A stretch of DNA of 52,575 nucleotides from Chromera velia (lineage: Eukaryota), in assembly GCA_018398765.1 (NCBI GenBank), contig JAHBMJ010000253.1:1-52575 (forward strand), given 5' to 3'. Both the position numbers and the translations under genes were made by a program. This document shows positions 11,128-24,599 of this stretch, piece by piece (within the stretch, counting starts at the first letter, position 1; each line of letters starts with the position of its first letter). Under the pieces are notes generated by a model. The model saw only the letters and a program-made list of their open reading frames with translations. It had not been told where the DNA came from and did not search any database.

Positions 11128-12950
11128 TATGTGCGAGCCTCTTCAAGTTGTGTAGACTTTTTCCGTTTTTTCTTTTTCTTTTTGCTTTCTTTCTCTTCCT
11201 CTGCAACCTCGCTTACTGCCACTAAACTCTTCCTGGATCCTGCTCATGAAGATCTCTTGGATGATTTGGCTGACTGCCCTCTCTTGGAAGGCGGTCTTTC
11301 TCTAGGGTCTTTCTGGAAGGGAAAGAAGATCACCGACCCTCACCTCCCTGCCTCCATAGTAGCCTCCTAGCCCTTCCCATTCCTCATCGCCTTTTTCTGG
11401 TTTACCAATCGTTACGGCATCACCTAATTATTCCCTTCTACCCCCCTCTAAGACTTCTTCTTCACAGTATCCAGGGGGTGGTGCAAGTTCGACTGGAGCA
11501 TCTGGGGTGACATAGATGACGCTGACTGGAGGGGCTTGGGGGGCGGCCAGGTATAGCGTCACGTTCCCCCCTCCTGTGGGCTCCCCTGGTTTTGGTTTCC
11601 GGAGAGGCAAGAAGATTGAGATCAGTGCATACTCTCGATTGTGATCTTCAAGATAGTGGTTATCTCCACTGTGCATGCTGAATCGATTGAAGTCTGTGTG
11701 GAGGAACGGGAAATGGGTAGGACTTTGCTAAACAAATGCAATCAGGAAAAAGAGAGGTTAGATTAAGAACAGCCAATTCAATCAAGCCAGAATTTTAAAA
11801 GCTAGATCGAGTCAAACGACTCCCTTACGGACTGTCTCGACATTTTTTTGTTTGTTTGTTCGTACATGCGCTCTTTATTCTCTGTCTGTGTATCTTTTTT
11901 TTTCTGTTCCTCTCTCTACCTCTCTGCGTATATAGTGCGCGCGCGTGAGCGAGTGCGTACGTGTGTCCATGTATCTGTGTGTGTATATGTATTAATATAT
12001 GTGTATGCATCTTGTTTCATACTGAAGGAAGACGCACGCAACATTGCGGCAAGTCCTTCTCCGACTGCTTCTTGTCTTTAGTAGGATATGACAACAACTT
12101 TCTCTGATATAGAGAAAGAGAGAGACTTGCTGCTTAACCTCACTTTCGATCGAAGCACTCCTTCTCGGAATGCCACCTGACTGCCACAAAGTTGTTGTTG
12201 TACCTTGCAGAGCTGTCGTATCTGAGCAGGCGTCTCAGAATAGGAAACCAGCAACAGTCTGCACAAAGGTTAGAAGATATTGCATGATCGTTCAAAACTT
12301 TCAACAGAATATGGCTAGAGAAACAACCTGACAGATCCAATGAGTAGATTTATCTGCATGAACGAAATCCTGCTGACAGAAGGAAGCATTATGCTGTTAG
12401 GGCAGAAAGAAGGATGGAGAGGTTCAAATGTTCGATTTTCTCTCTTACTACTTCTGTAGAGCGTCTGTGTGCATGTGCAAGAGGGCAGGCAGGGAAAGAA
12501 GGGGGGGTGAAGGGAGCAGAAAAAAAGGGAGGAAGGGAGCCAGACAGGAAATTCACCAAAACTATTTTGAAGGATCGCGCACATTTCAAGATACGAGCGC
12601 AGAGGGCGGGAGAGGGCATTCCCCGGGCCAGGGACGGGAGACGAAGGAAAACATGAATTATTACACGCATGTATTTATGTACCCTCACACAATCAAACAA
12701 GACACGAGAAAGCTTTTTAGACACTTGTGCAATCACACCGTGGTCACATACGCAATAATGTCATACAACTATATACAACCTACACACCTCCGTAGAAGCC
12801 CGTGTTGAGGTTCAGGTTCCGCGACCTCTCTGTCCAGAACGCGAAACCGTTTTGTAACAAGATCCCTAGCAAGATCCCGTCTTCAATCTGGTTGTCGAGC
12901 GCATAGTAGATGATACTCCCTGCTTCGTTGTCGGTCTGTCGTTTTATGCG
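11128..12950 (-). pseudogene. Probable decayed multi-exon gene of unknown product
   Basis: Exon-like segments with GT/AG borders: IIYYALDNQIEDGILLG...GFYG; LLLVSYSETPAQIRQLCK...; DFNRFSMHSGDNHYLEDHNREYALIS...; and a Lys-rich terminal piece interrupted by stops or a frame break. No family recognised, and boundaries are approximate. Confidence 0.35.
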
Positions 12951-13189
12951 CTTATCTTGAGGGTGGGGGTCGCTCACTGCTCCGTCTATCCGCCATCCTC
13001 CCTCGTCTCTCGGTATCAGCGTGGGCCGGCCGCACGAATCTGCGCGGGCGGCGGCCGCGCGATTCGGGGTGTGGCTCTTCCTGTTTTTTATGCTCCCCAC
13101 GGTCCACTGTCTAGAAAAGGCTTATACTAACTATAGAAGTCTAGTCTAGACAGACAAGACTCTAAAGTCTATAGAGTCTAGATGAGTCC

Positions 13190-13310
13190 CAGGCATCGGC
13201 TTAGGAAAAAAAACAACAATTGGAGTTTTTTTTTTTCCTTTTTTATAATTATTTGCAATTCACAGCGAACTTGAAACAATTCTTGAAACAACACTTAACG
13301 ACAGTTATGC
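13190..13310 (+). mobile_element. Diverged partial copy of the CTAGGCGCCGG MITE family
   Basis: GGCATCGGCTTAGGAAAA, then a poly-T tract and AACAACACTTAACGACAGTTATGCAA, resembling 10257-10392. Confidence 0.5.
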
Positions 13311-13898
13311 AATGAGATGCAATGAGGATGAATCCAGCCCTAACATGGCATGGCTGGATGATTACTTAGCCTGGATTGAAGTGGATCGAAGGGACCGGCC
13401 GGGGCCTACCGGGGCCATAAGATTCTTGTCTGGGCGGCACGTGAAGACGGGCCCAGCAATTGAATTCGTTGACAAAGCCTAAAAATTAGGTAACAAAAAA
13501 TCTGGACAGTGCAGCTTTCTTGATTTACCTAGGATTTAATATGATTTATACTGACATGCTCTGAGTGTATCTGCAATGATTATGTTTGCATTCACTTCCC
13601 TGAGTGCTAGCCTGGGTCACAGTAACTTCTATTAACTTCTCAACGATGCGAATATTCTAGTGCAAATTGAAGCCCGACCGGCATGTATGCACCGCAAAAC
13701 AACTTTGTGGACATAAACGATAAGGCTATGATTGCGTCCGAGGTTCTTCAATCATCGCTTCCAACTGAAGAGCTTTCCGTTGCGCAACATCTGATGGATT
13801 GAAGTATTCTTTAATATGCTCTACAGACGTTGCACCGAGTCCTGAATCATCGACAATGAAGTTTGCGGCTTTCATACCGTCGATTTCGAATCTTGCAT

Positions 13899-14184
13899 CA
13901 GTGGGTTAACTCAAAGGGGTATTTTCATAATAATTATGAATTTTCATAGTGACTCTGGATTTCATAATGATTATGGGGGGTCACCTAACTGTGGAAGCCG
14001 ATTTCTCATCTAAAAATCACTTTCTCAAAAAACTGTTTAAACGAGTTGATTTGTCTCATAAAGATGAATTTTAGCTGTAAAACTCCTTCAAATTCTCCTT
14101 TTTTTCATCAGACCATCCATAATGATTACGAAGATTTTATAGTCACTATAATGATGCCATAATGATTAACGAGTTAACCCAGTG
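13899..14184. mobile_element. MITE with CA(C/G)TG ends (CMC/CACTA-like), possible 2-bp AT TSD
   Basis: TIRs CAGTGGGTTAACTC and (reverse complement) CACTGGGTTAACTC. AT on both flanks. Repeated subterminal CATAATGATTA motif at both ends. Confidence 0.75.
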
Positions 14185-14554
14185 ATATGGAAACTTCAAA
14201 CAGAAGTCGCCTACTGCGTTCTTCACGGTGAGATTAAACGAGGACATTTTTGGGAAGCCACTGCCTCCGGTTTAAAGAACCCTCCACGTAGGCTCAAACA
14301 GCTGAGGCTCTAGGCAGAGGCTACAGAAATGGACAAGAGAAAGGAATCGATCAGTTTTATGGAATTAATGCTCAGCAAGCGTTGCTCATGGGTTATTGTC
14401 ATTCAGGAAGAAACTGAAACGCAATTGTGTCAATTAGATTGTCGATGACCACACAATGATTGGATTTTTCTGTCAGCTAATTGAAAGCTATCGATCAGCT
14501 AGTACTTGTATCGGTGCATGCCGCGCTTGGCTCCGCGCGGTAAGGTCTATAGAC

Positions 14555-14735
14555 GTGGCCGGCGCCTTCGGCGCCCACCGGTAAGGTCCAGACGGCGCCG
14601 GCAAAGTCTGAGGGCGCCTTCGGCGCCTATACCGGCAGTTTCTGACCGGCGCCTTCGGCGCCTACCGGCAGTTTCCGACCGGCGCCTTCAGCGCCTACCG
14701 GAAACTTCTTCAGTGGGCCTTTGGCCCACCGGCAT
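14555..14735. repeat. Cluster of GC-rich palindromes GGCGCC-TTC-GGCGCC-(T)ACCGG
   Basis: Four clear copies (~14560, 14613, 14647, 14680) and one degenerate copy (~14715). A related motif occurs at ~26533. Confidence 0.85.
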
Positions 14736-14782
14736 CTTCCCATTTGAAAAACGGCTTCCTGACCACCACCCTGGGGGTATTT

Positions 14783-16636
14783 TACACAGTATAGTTAGGA
14801 GTTACTACCGGCCCCTTTTAGCTAGTAACAAGTTACCGTGATAATGTTCCACGCTCCTCCTACTCGTAAGTGAACAAGCAGGAGTGGAAACTGGAAGCTA
14901 GAGGTCTACTTAGGTGAGATGACTCTCAAGAGACCGCAAGAGACTAGAACTTCAAGGGCTGAAGGTTGTTTATCACCAGTGGATGAGTGTATGTGCAAGT
15001 ATCTAGAGCTGATATCAATCAATGTTCGAGTGTGTTCAAAAGTGTGTCGATTCTTCTGGGAGTCAATTCGGTTGAATGAAATGAAAAAGTGGATCAATCG
15101 TTTTGTTGGGTTTCGGGATTTGATGAGTTGTGGTACAAAATAGATGATGTACATCGTTATTCTTTTTGCATGTGTTTGCATGCGTTGTATATGTCAGCTC
15201 GCTAACATACTCGTACCCTGAATAAGTCAATTTAGTAACATAATAACACACTGACAGACTGAGTACCTGAGTGTGTTACTTTGTTGACATACTAATCCCC
15301 TCAGTCTGTCACTTCATCAAAATCGGCTTCAGTGTGTCACTTCAGTCTGACTACCCAATCTTACTATCCTCTCTTCCATTTACCCTCATCTTTCCATCCT
15401 CCACTGCCTTTCTTTCTTTTTCTAAAAATTATATTACCAACCAATTCTTTTGATGAAACTCATAAATAAGTTTTATGAGGATTATCCTCTAAGCATCTCT
15501 TAGTATTTCTAAGCATTATCATATTTATACTTCTTTTCTTTATTCTTTTACTAAATTGATATTTAAGTATAAAGCTCAACACTAGGCGCCGGCTAGAGAA
15601 AAAAAAAAAAAAGATCTCCCAAAACCGTTTACTTTTTTTCTTTTTTTTTTTCTGTATCAGTCAAATAACTGTTGTTCAAGTGTTGTACAAGTGCTGTTTG
15701 TGTGTTGCATAACTGTTGCTAGGTGTTGTTCAGGGTCAAAAAGTAAAAAAAAAAAAAAGAAAAAAAAAAAGATCTCCTCAAATTGCTTTTTTTTTTTCTT
15801 TTTTTTTTTCTTTAGCCGGCGCTTAGGCTCAACATAACAATAATACCGTCAGTTTGGTAACCATGAGATGGTAACCAGCGGACTTGAAGGCATGTACCAC
15901 TACCACGGTAGTTCAAGGAAAAACTATGGGAAAAACAATTGCTAGACCCATTTTAAAGCCTGACCACTTAACCCATTAACAGTTTAAAGCCCTTAGCCCT
16001 AAAATGATCATACCGTGTGACTCAAAACGTATATGCTATATATAATGATATACTAGTTAGAGCGCGTTAGAGTTCAGTCATAAAATGATGAATAGTGAGT
16101 TTTGTTAGAATAAACTTTTGATGAATGTTAGTTAGTTAGTTAGAGGATGCCTAACCCCAGTTGGAGCGCTAAACTCCCAGGCAGCACATATATGCATGGT
16201 TGTTGTTTGTTAAGTCGCCGGTGGAGTTGATCAGTTAATCACTTTCTAGAATTGGGAGACAGGCATCAAAGAGACAGGCCGGATGCGAGTGTAGAAGTGA
16301 TCAAATAATATTACGGATGAAGAGTTCAGATGTACTTGCACCGGGAAGTGGACAGTTACAATCATTTGAATTAATGGATTCCAGCTCAGCCTACCAAAAA
16401 TCTAGATCAAAAATATAATTTTTACTATAGTCTAAATTTGGTTTTGTAGGTTAAGTTTAACTCAGAATGTGGCCAAATCTGCCTGTTTTTAGTTACTATA
16501 CCACTACTATTGGAACACTACTACCGTAACCACAAAATTGGTAACCGTCCTACTAGTAACCGTCCTAGCGGCCGCCTAGTAACCGTCCTACTAGTACTTT
16601 CGTTACTCCTAACCGTACTAGTAACCGTACTGTGAA
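14783..16636. mobile_element. Probable larger member of the TAYAC...GGAGTAAC TIR family containing MITE copy 2
   Basis: Left TACACAGTATAGTTAGGAGTTAC; right (reverse complement) TTCACAGTACGGTTA[CTAGTACGGTTA]GGAGTAAC. Dense GTAACCGT repeats at 16520-16630. TSD not found. Confidence 0.5.
15582..15826. mobile_element. MITE, CTAGGCGCCGG family, copy 2
   Basis: TIR CTAGGCGCCGGCTAGAG...CTTTAGCCGGCGCTTAG. Perfect 8-bp TSD GCTCAACA at 15574-15581 and 15827-15834. Confidence 0.92.
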
Positions 16637-17058
16637 CAAGTTTTGGGTTTTTATCGCTAGTTTTATCGCCACTGGCACGCTAGTCGCCATGGTAGTTTAA
16701 ATCATAACTTTAATGACAAATAATTTATATAGTAGCAGAATTAGTACGAACTACAAATTTAGGTTGTATTTATGTTGCATCATGTCTATTATCATATTTG
16801 CTTACCAGCTACTAGTAGCTTACCATGCAGTCCAAGTCACTCCAACAACTTGAATTTAATATAACAACCTAAATAACAACTTAAATTCAAACTTGGAGAA
16901 ATCAACTTTTGAACTAGATTTTGAATAATCAAAGTTCACTCCTTACTGCCCCCTTGTATTGTTGATTTACAGAGGGAGCAAGCCTGGAAGCAGGCTGCAA
17001 CCTGGCAGGCTGGCGACGTCTCGCAAGAACTTTATTGCTTAGAACTTCTACCATAGCA

Positions 17059-19855
17059 CTATGAGCCTGACGGTAACGCACTCCCCAGAGAGAGAGAGAA
17101 ATCGCCCCGACGCGACCTCAACCTCTCACAGACCTGACGCAAACGCTCAGTTGACAGAGCAGCAGTCCCAACCGACTCCCTCGACACTCTCATGTCCCTG
17201 TCCCCAGACACCCTCGAGTTGATGCCTCTCTCCGCAACGTCCCGTGCGTTCGGCTCGCATCGAGATGCTGTGGGGGGAAGCGACACTGCCGAGTCTCTTT
17301 CTCTCTGAACGCCCAGCAACGCATCCCGCTCTGCTGGCCCGATTCCGAAATGCGCAGTATCTGTGGTTAACCCCCCTTCATCATATGATGCACTCAGCCC
17401 CCCTAGTCCCATCTTCTGCAACACCCCCTGTGCGTGGGCTCTGAGTGAGGCTTCTATTGACCTGTCAAGGAGTTTTCTCATTTCGGAAAAGACAGCAACG
17501 GGGGATTCGGCAGTGACGGCCGTTGGAAGAGGGACACCCGTCTCCTGCTGCTCCTCGGGTCCCTCTCCGTCTCTTTGGCTCACGCCTTCAAACTGAACCT
17601 GACTAGACTGTTCGAGCGGCACTGCCCCCATTCTGCCCCTTCCAATCCCTCCTGCTCTTCTTCCCTCAGAGGGGGTGCGTGAGGGTGAACCTCGGGCAGG
17701 CGACAAGGCACTCACCTGCACAGGGGGCCCCAGCCTGTCCCGCGTCGCTGTGAGGGAAGAAGATGGTCGAGTGGATTGCAGGGGCATCTGATCTCTCTCG
17801 AACGGCCCTGTCGGATGGCCTGTGAACCTCTGGTTTTGGCTGACTCGGAGAGGGGACCTGGAAGCCTTCGGGTGTGCGAGGGAGGGGGGGGAATTCGTTG
17901 GGGGGTTGAGGATTGAATAGTGAGACTGGATTTGCGTTTGCGCGTGTGTTTGTGTTTCTCTTTCGACCAGCGTCGTTGCTGCACTGAAAGAGGAAGAAGC
18001 CTCCTGCATGGGCCCGAATGAGAAGGCAAAAGGGGGCAGAGAGACAGGCGGAGAGGCAATTTGGGCTGGTGTCTTTGTGCCTGTACCGGAACGTTTGTGT
18101 ACCCGTTCTGAATGACCAGACTGGGGGGGCATAGAGGGAACCCCAACATGCAAACGGGAGGATTTAGCTTTCTGCCCTTCAGACTCTTTTGCACTCTCTG
18201 ATTCAGATTTCTTCTTTTCTTTCTCCCTCCCACCCACTCTCCCCCTTTCCTCTGTACGGGATTGATTCTGTGTCTGTGTCTGTGCTTGAGAGGGGCCTCC
18301 GTTTTCCTTCCCACCCGCTATCAGTCCTCCAGCTCCTTTCTTGAGAACACAGCCAGCTGCCTTCAGGGCAGGGGCAGCGCGTCCTTTCGCTGTCTGCTCA
18401 TTCATGGCCGCAGTGGCGCGTGTGAGTGTCAGGGTAGGACTGTGGAATCGTTTTGCTGTCAGGGGTGACCTTCTAGGCTGTGAGGGGTGTTCTACCGGAC
18501 GAGGGTCTGCTGATGTGGACAGCTGGGGGAGGGGGGCAGGAATCTGAGTCGCTCCTTGTGTCTCTGCCCAACTTTGGCTTGGGTCCCTCTGAAAGTTTTC
18601 GCTTTCATGGACCAGAGAAGAGGGGTCTGGCCAGACCCGGCCGGGGTGGGAATGGGCGGTCACTGCGTGCCTGGCTCCTCCTGGTGCGTGGGATGAGGCA
18701 GAGGGCGGAAAGCTGGGGAGGTCGGAGACGGGGGGAAATGGAACGAGACGGGAGGGAATGGAGGAGTAAAGTGGCTCCTCAGAGGTTGTGAAAGGAGAGG
18801 GGGACAATGCGTCGATCTTCGGACCACCTCCATGGCCTCCCTCAGGAAGGGGAGGGAGAGCAGGCAAAGCAACGAGGCTACTGGCAGGATTTACATGGGG
18901 TGGGGGCGATTGGAAATTGGAGTGCAACATCGAGCCTTGTGCAGGAAAGGAAAAAGAGAAGGATTGGGGGGAAGATGTGGCGGGAAGGAATGGAGAGTTT
19001 GGGACCGTGTGAGATGCACCGGCAGCTGTAGAGGCTCCCCTGGGCCTGGCGTGCGTCAACACTTGGTTGTCCGCTCTGAACCCATCACCAAATACTGGGT
19101 GGGGGTGTGACGGTCTGGCGGGGGGGGCAGAGGAAGACCTCTGTCCTCTGACTGGATACTCTGACCCGTCTCGTCTACTCTTCTGTCTGTACACACTCCC
19201 CTTCTCTTCCAAAGCCCTAAGAGACGCACCCCCATCGCTCTCCTGTTCGGAATCTGCTGACTGATGAGACCTCTGTCTTCTATCCTCTCCTCGTCGCCTC
19301 TGTCTGCTTTCTCTCTCTCTTTGCCTCTCTCGCTCAGCATCTCGTCGGAGTTGTGCGATGGCGAGGCCTCTCTCCTTGTCTCGCTCTCGTCGCAGTCTGG
19401 CCACCTCTGCCTTGAGGTCTGTGACCTCCTCCTCGCTCTTCTTCAACCTCCCCTCTGTTGTCTCCAGAGATGCAGCCAGCCTGTTTGCTCGGTTTTGAAC
19501 AACCCGCCCTGCATGCATGCAGTGGTTCCTTCCATTCGTTTGTGAAGAAGAAGCAGATAGGGAGGCTGACGAACAATTCACGAAACCTATGTTCATCTGA
19601 GAAAAGAGGATGTTTTTACTTCACAATGGAGTGCACTCGCATGTACTTAATATTCGAATGAGCCCGTTCTGCTCATTTGAAAAGGACGCGAAAGAGACGG
19701 TGAGAGAAGAGAAAATCAACCATGGGCAGATAGACAGACAGACAGACAGTCCATTTCCCTTACCGGCATTTGCGCTCTCTCGCAGTTTCGTCTTCAGAGT
19801 TTCAATTTCCTTCTCCTGCGCTTCCTGCGAAGGACGCGAGATACACACACACACA

Positions 19856-19908
<53 letters not shown>

Positions 19909-21858
19909 CTGCAACTTCCATTGAAGCACAGCGATATGCAAAGAGACGATCACGCTTTGTCAAGCCCCGTCGAGACAAACGAGAAAGACAATGCAGCCTT
20001 TGCAGAATTGAAGAAGAACATGGAAAGTAGACGTCAAAAGACCACAGGAGCGCTGTCACAGCGTGAACCAGGGACCACACAAGCGAAACAGGCCACTCGG
20101 ACGTAAAGCAGAAAGAAGCTGGGTGGACGAAGAGAGGAAGACAAAACAAGAGAGAGAGAGAGAGAGATCACGGGGTGTGTCCGTTCCCCCTTCGTTCCCA
20201 GGACCCGCCCTTGACCTTGATGACGTTGCTCTTCCTCTACGAAGACGCGGATTGATCATTGCCTTTTGCACGCATGCAGGTGGACAGGCTAATCAACAGA
20301 AGAGAAGCAGACTGACGGACGCATTTTTGTCTGATCTCCTTGGCAGACTTCACTTTCAGAGCGCACTCCTTTGCTGTGGCCACGCATCGAGCCTCCAGAG
20401 TTCGAAGGCGCTTGCTCTCCTGTGCGAAGCATCTGAAGGAAGGAGGGGAAAGCACAGAAGAAGAGAAGTAGAGGGAGAGGGCGGAAGGTGCAGAGGAATC
20501 AGACACGAAAAAGCAACTTGTTGTTCGATCGTCAGTCTCTCTTCATGCGCACGTGCTTGTTCTTTGCGTACGGTCAGCTTTATGCTTTCCACCTCTCAGA
20601 CTCTTCTGCCTCTTCTGTGTGCTCCCTCGCTCAGTCTGCCTGCTCATCTTCAAATGCACACAGTTCACTCACTGCCTGACTGACGCAGAGATGCGGTGTA
20701 AAGCCCTCTCCTCGAGAGCTTTTGCGTGTTGCCTGAGGCACTGCAGGCCCCTCTGCTCTGCAAGGGCTTGTCTGTCTGCGCGGTCGCGCAATCTGGACTC
20801 CTGCAAGAAAGAGGAAGAAAAAAAGGACGGAACGCAAAGTTGGAAGTCAAATGTGCATTTTGTATTCTGCACGCACACATGTCGAAGCAAGTCGGCGGAA
20901 TGCCATCTGAGTATCCGAGACGAGACTGCTGGCTGAGGGAAGACCCACCCATCAAACAAGGGGCCAAGGACAAGGGAGGCAGGAGCGGGGGGGAAGGGAC
21001 AACAAAGCGCAGGACCACACCGGATCGGTCGGATGGATCCCTGGCTTCCCTGGCTTCAGCGTCGGTTTTTTGGTTTTGGGATCTGCAATTTCGCTTTCCC
21101 CTCTGATCGTGACAAAAAACAACCTTTTCTCTGCGTCATCTCATCGGCTTTCATTTTGTATGCAGAGTACCTCAGCGCTTTCCCTTCAATCCTCTGACTT
21201 GACCTGTTCGAGTTCTAATTCTTACATGGAAACCAGGGGTGCTGTCATTCTGAGGGCACCTACTATGAAGTGAGATAGAAAATGAACGGCCTGCCTGTCT
21301 GTGTCTCTCTCTGACCTGCTCGTCGAGGTCTCTCGACTTTTTTTGGAGGAGGACTCTTATCTGCAGGAACACGGACACACGCAGGGGGTCCGGGGGGCAA
21401 GGGCTCGAGGGGATCGATAGAAGGACGTCTGATGAACAGAGAAAGAAGACAAGACGGTAAAAAGTAAGCAAGGAAAAGCGAGAAAAAATTGTACTTCTGC
21501 GACCTGTAGAAAGAAATGGGAAGAAACCGTTGGCGCACAATGGAACAAGGATCCTCCCAGATCCCTCTCGTTCTCCAACCTGCCGAGATAAACACAGACA
21601 GGTAGACAGACAAACACACAGACAGCCAGTGCAACACACTGGGCACAGACCAACACACAAAGTGACAGAGCGACAGTGGAACACAGAAAAGGCAAGGGGA
21701 TGTCGAGTTGGAGGGGAGAGCATCACACAGACCTCCTCGAGTTCTTCCGAGATGAACTGACTCAGAGGAGGGGGGCCTCCTCCGCCTACGCCTCCAACTG
21801 CCGAGCTAAGTCTGTCTTCGTCCTCTCCCCCTTCCACCTCTTCCTCTTCTTCCTCCAT
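17059..21858 (-). CDS. Multi-exon hypothetical protein: N-terminal coiled-coil region plus long Pro/Ser-rich disordered C-terminal exon
   Basis: A 2.5-kb terminal open frame (17059 to ~19510). Upstream helical exon pieces with GT-AG borders include MEEEEEEV..., IRVLLQKKSRDLDEQ, ESRLRDRADRQALAEQRG..., ESKRLRTLEARC... and EAQEKEIETLKTKLRE. Start codon and exact exon borders are uncertain. Confidence 0.75.
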
Positions 21859-22795
21859 TGCTGTACAAACAAAAGCGTCCTCGTTCGATGGATATTGGTG
21901 GACAGTGTGTGCTCTAGAGCCGAGTGTGTCTGAAGGTCTGGATGTCATGATGATCAATCAGGACAACATTGAGGTTCTGTCAAATGCCCGTACTTCCAAC
22001 TCTGAAAGGAGGACGGGCACACACTTTGTCAGGGAGCAATCCAGGAGGACTTGCGCTGGAACTGGACCCCGATGTACTCCCAAGATTCAATGCAAAGCCC
22101 AGCAGAAGAGTACAAATGGCGAACGGGTGTGCACCGTCTACGTTGAATGCTGCACAGCCACCGAAATTGAAGGAGACGGTACGTGTCGCATGCAGATCAC
22201 GGCAGTCACACAATCAATGCGATCGACAAAAAGGCTCTCTCTAGTGTGTACATTTGACTGCAGACTGTCGAACAAGGCCTGTTAACTGTGCAGCATCAGG
22301 TTTAATATGTACATACATACCCGTAATTGTCTGACATGACACTGAGACTAAGTTCAAACATTTCACAAACGGTGTCAGCAATCGATCGAACGCACACATG
22401 CAAGCGCGGAGAGCTAGCCATATATGCATTCCGCGCGCGCGCGTGCATGCGCTCTGCGCCATCTCTGCGCCGGGATGCGCCGGGTCCATGCCGGGATATG
22501 CCGGGTCCTGCATATGTCCTGCATGTATGGAAGTGTATATCTTTGACGTTCTGAGTCCAGTCTTGTAAGACTTGTCTTCCACGCTTCCCCAAACTGGTGC
22601 CAGTTTAACGACAGTCACTGCTCACATGTAACTGAAAGCAAAAGTTGTAGTTCGAACTCATTTCTTTGGATTTTGATTGTGTCGATCACGCGAGAGTAAG
22701 CTGAAGGAGCAGAGGAGACGCCAACTGTTGCCTGATTGGCTGATACTTCCATTCAGTGACGTCCCGGGACCTCGGCTTTCTTGAACGACACCAGG

Positions 22796-23252
22796 ATGAA
22801 GGGCACTTCGGTGAGTGAGACTCCAAAACTGGTTGCAGCCAAAGCGCTGTGACTCCCTTGTCCAGGAGGAAGTGTCAGTATTCGATCCACTGATTTCACT
22901 TCTCTTCCCTTCTGTGTCGCTTGCAGGAACTTCGTCCCTGGTCTTCGGGTCAGTCCGCTCTTTTTTTCTGCTGAGGCCTCTTTTTGGACTTTTCTTGAAT
23001 GAAGGGAACATTGGGGGAAGTTCACACGGACGTGCTTTCAATTCGTCATTCAGAAAGGGAAGCGCGCAATGGAACACCTTTGTACCTCTTGGCTGTTCAA
23101 CCTTGCCCTCACGTATGTGCATTTGTTTTTTTGCATGTTTGGCAAAATTTTTGTCTCTGTATCTGGGCCATCCGCCTTTCTATCGTCTCTCCAGGACGCC
23201 CTGCCCACTTCCCTTCTCGCCCCACTTGTTTAGATGCGTCCGTAAGTCTCTG

Positions 23253-23288
<36 letters not shown>

Positions 23289-24565
23289 AAAGAGAGAATG
23301 TGTGTCTGTCTGCAGGCTTCTGTGACTGTTTCAGTGACTGCAACAGTTGCCTGATGGGGACGTTCTGTTGCTGTCAGGTGATCGGGGAGATGGGAAAGAA
23401 GATGAACGTCGACTACAACCTCGGGTGCTGGGGTGAGTCGGGTGCATGGTTGGTTGATCAACAGATAGATGCACAGGCCAAGCTTGACTCCTTTCTTCTT
23501 TTCTTTTCCGGACCGAATCAATTGGAATCAGTGGTGGGTGTTGGCATTCCTGGAAACATCCAATCCACCTACATGCATGTGCGACAAAAACAGATGTGTC
23601 CCTCTTTCGTGTGAATGCAAAATGACAAAATATGGTGGCCACTGCTGTTCTGAATGATCCCACGTGGCCTCTCTTATTTTTTTTACTTTGCGGAAGAAGA
23701 GCATGAACTGGAAGTGAGAAGAGTGGCGGTGTCAGGTCCCGTTGTTGATTGGACGTGGGGGGTCCATAGATTTTCCTTGCAGCATTTGACGTGGAGTGAG
23801 AAAGAGAGAATGACCTTGGAGCTGCGTCTGCATGCCTGGAATGCCAAAACAATTAACGAATTCGTTCAAAAGATGACCTTGCTGATGGCAAAGAAACCTA
23901 GGAGGTCCCATCTGAAAAATGAAGAGAGGATGAAGCGAACGATCCTCTGCAAGTGGTGATTTCTTTCTTGTACTCTTTTCTTCTCTTTGCAGGAGACGTT
24001 GCACTTCTCGTGTGCATTCCAACTGGCCACAACATCCTGCTGACAATGTTCCGGTTGGTCTTTTTCCTTCTTTTCCGTTTCTTGCATTTCCTCTGACAGC
24101 GGGCCATAGTCGGGGCATTCTTTCTGCTCTAATCGATTTCCCCCTGACGGTCTTCCTGTTTTTCTTAAATTCCTTTCCACGTCTCCCAATCCCACACATG
24201 TGATGTGCACATGATCTGCTACTGACCCACACACTTGTACACAATCCGAACCTTTTGACTCGATCGATCGATTCCATTCATAGGTTGTCTTGCTGCCTTT
24301 GATCGATCGATCAATCGATCAGGTACCAATTCCGTGAGGCGTCGGGCATCGAGGGCAACATCCTTTGGGACATCCTCGGAAGCTTCTGCTGCCCCTGCTG
24401 CGTCGCCATTCAGGTCAGGCAGTCAGTGAGTGAGTGAGGGAGGGAGTGAGTGAGTCAGTGAGTGAGTGAGAAGGAAGAAGAGCTGTGGGTCGAGTGCGTG
24501 CAGAAGAGCAATCGCTCCCTTGTCCATCTTTCTCGCTCTTTTCTTCTCCGTCTCTGTCTGTCTTC

Positions 24566-24599
<34 letters not shown>

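Noticed and set aside
14506..14841. 111-aa Arg-rich ORF
   Set aside because: It arises from the GC-rich palindromic repeat cluster.
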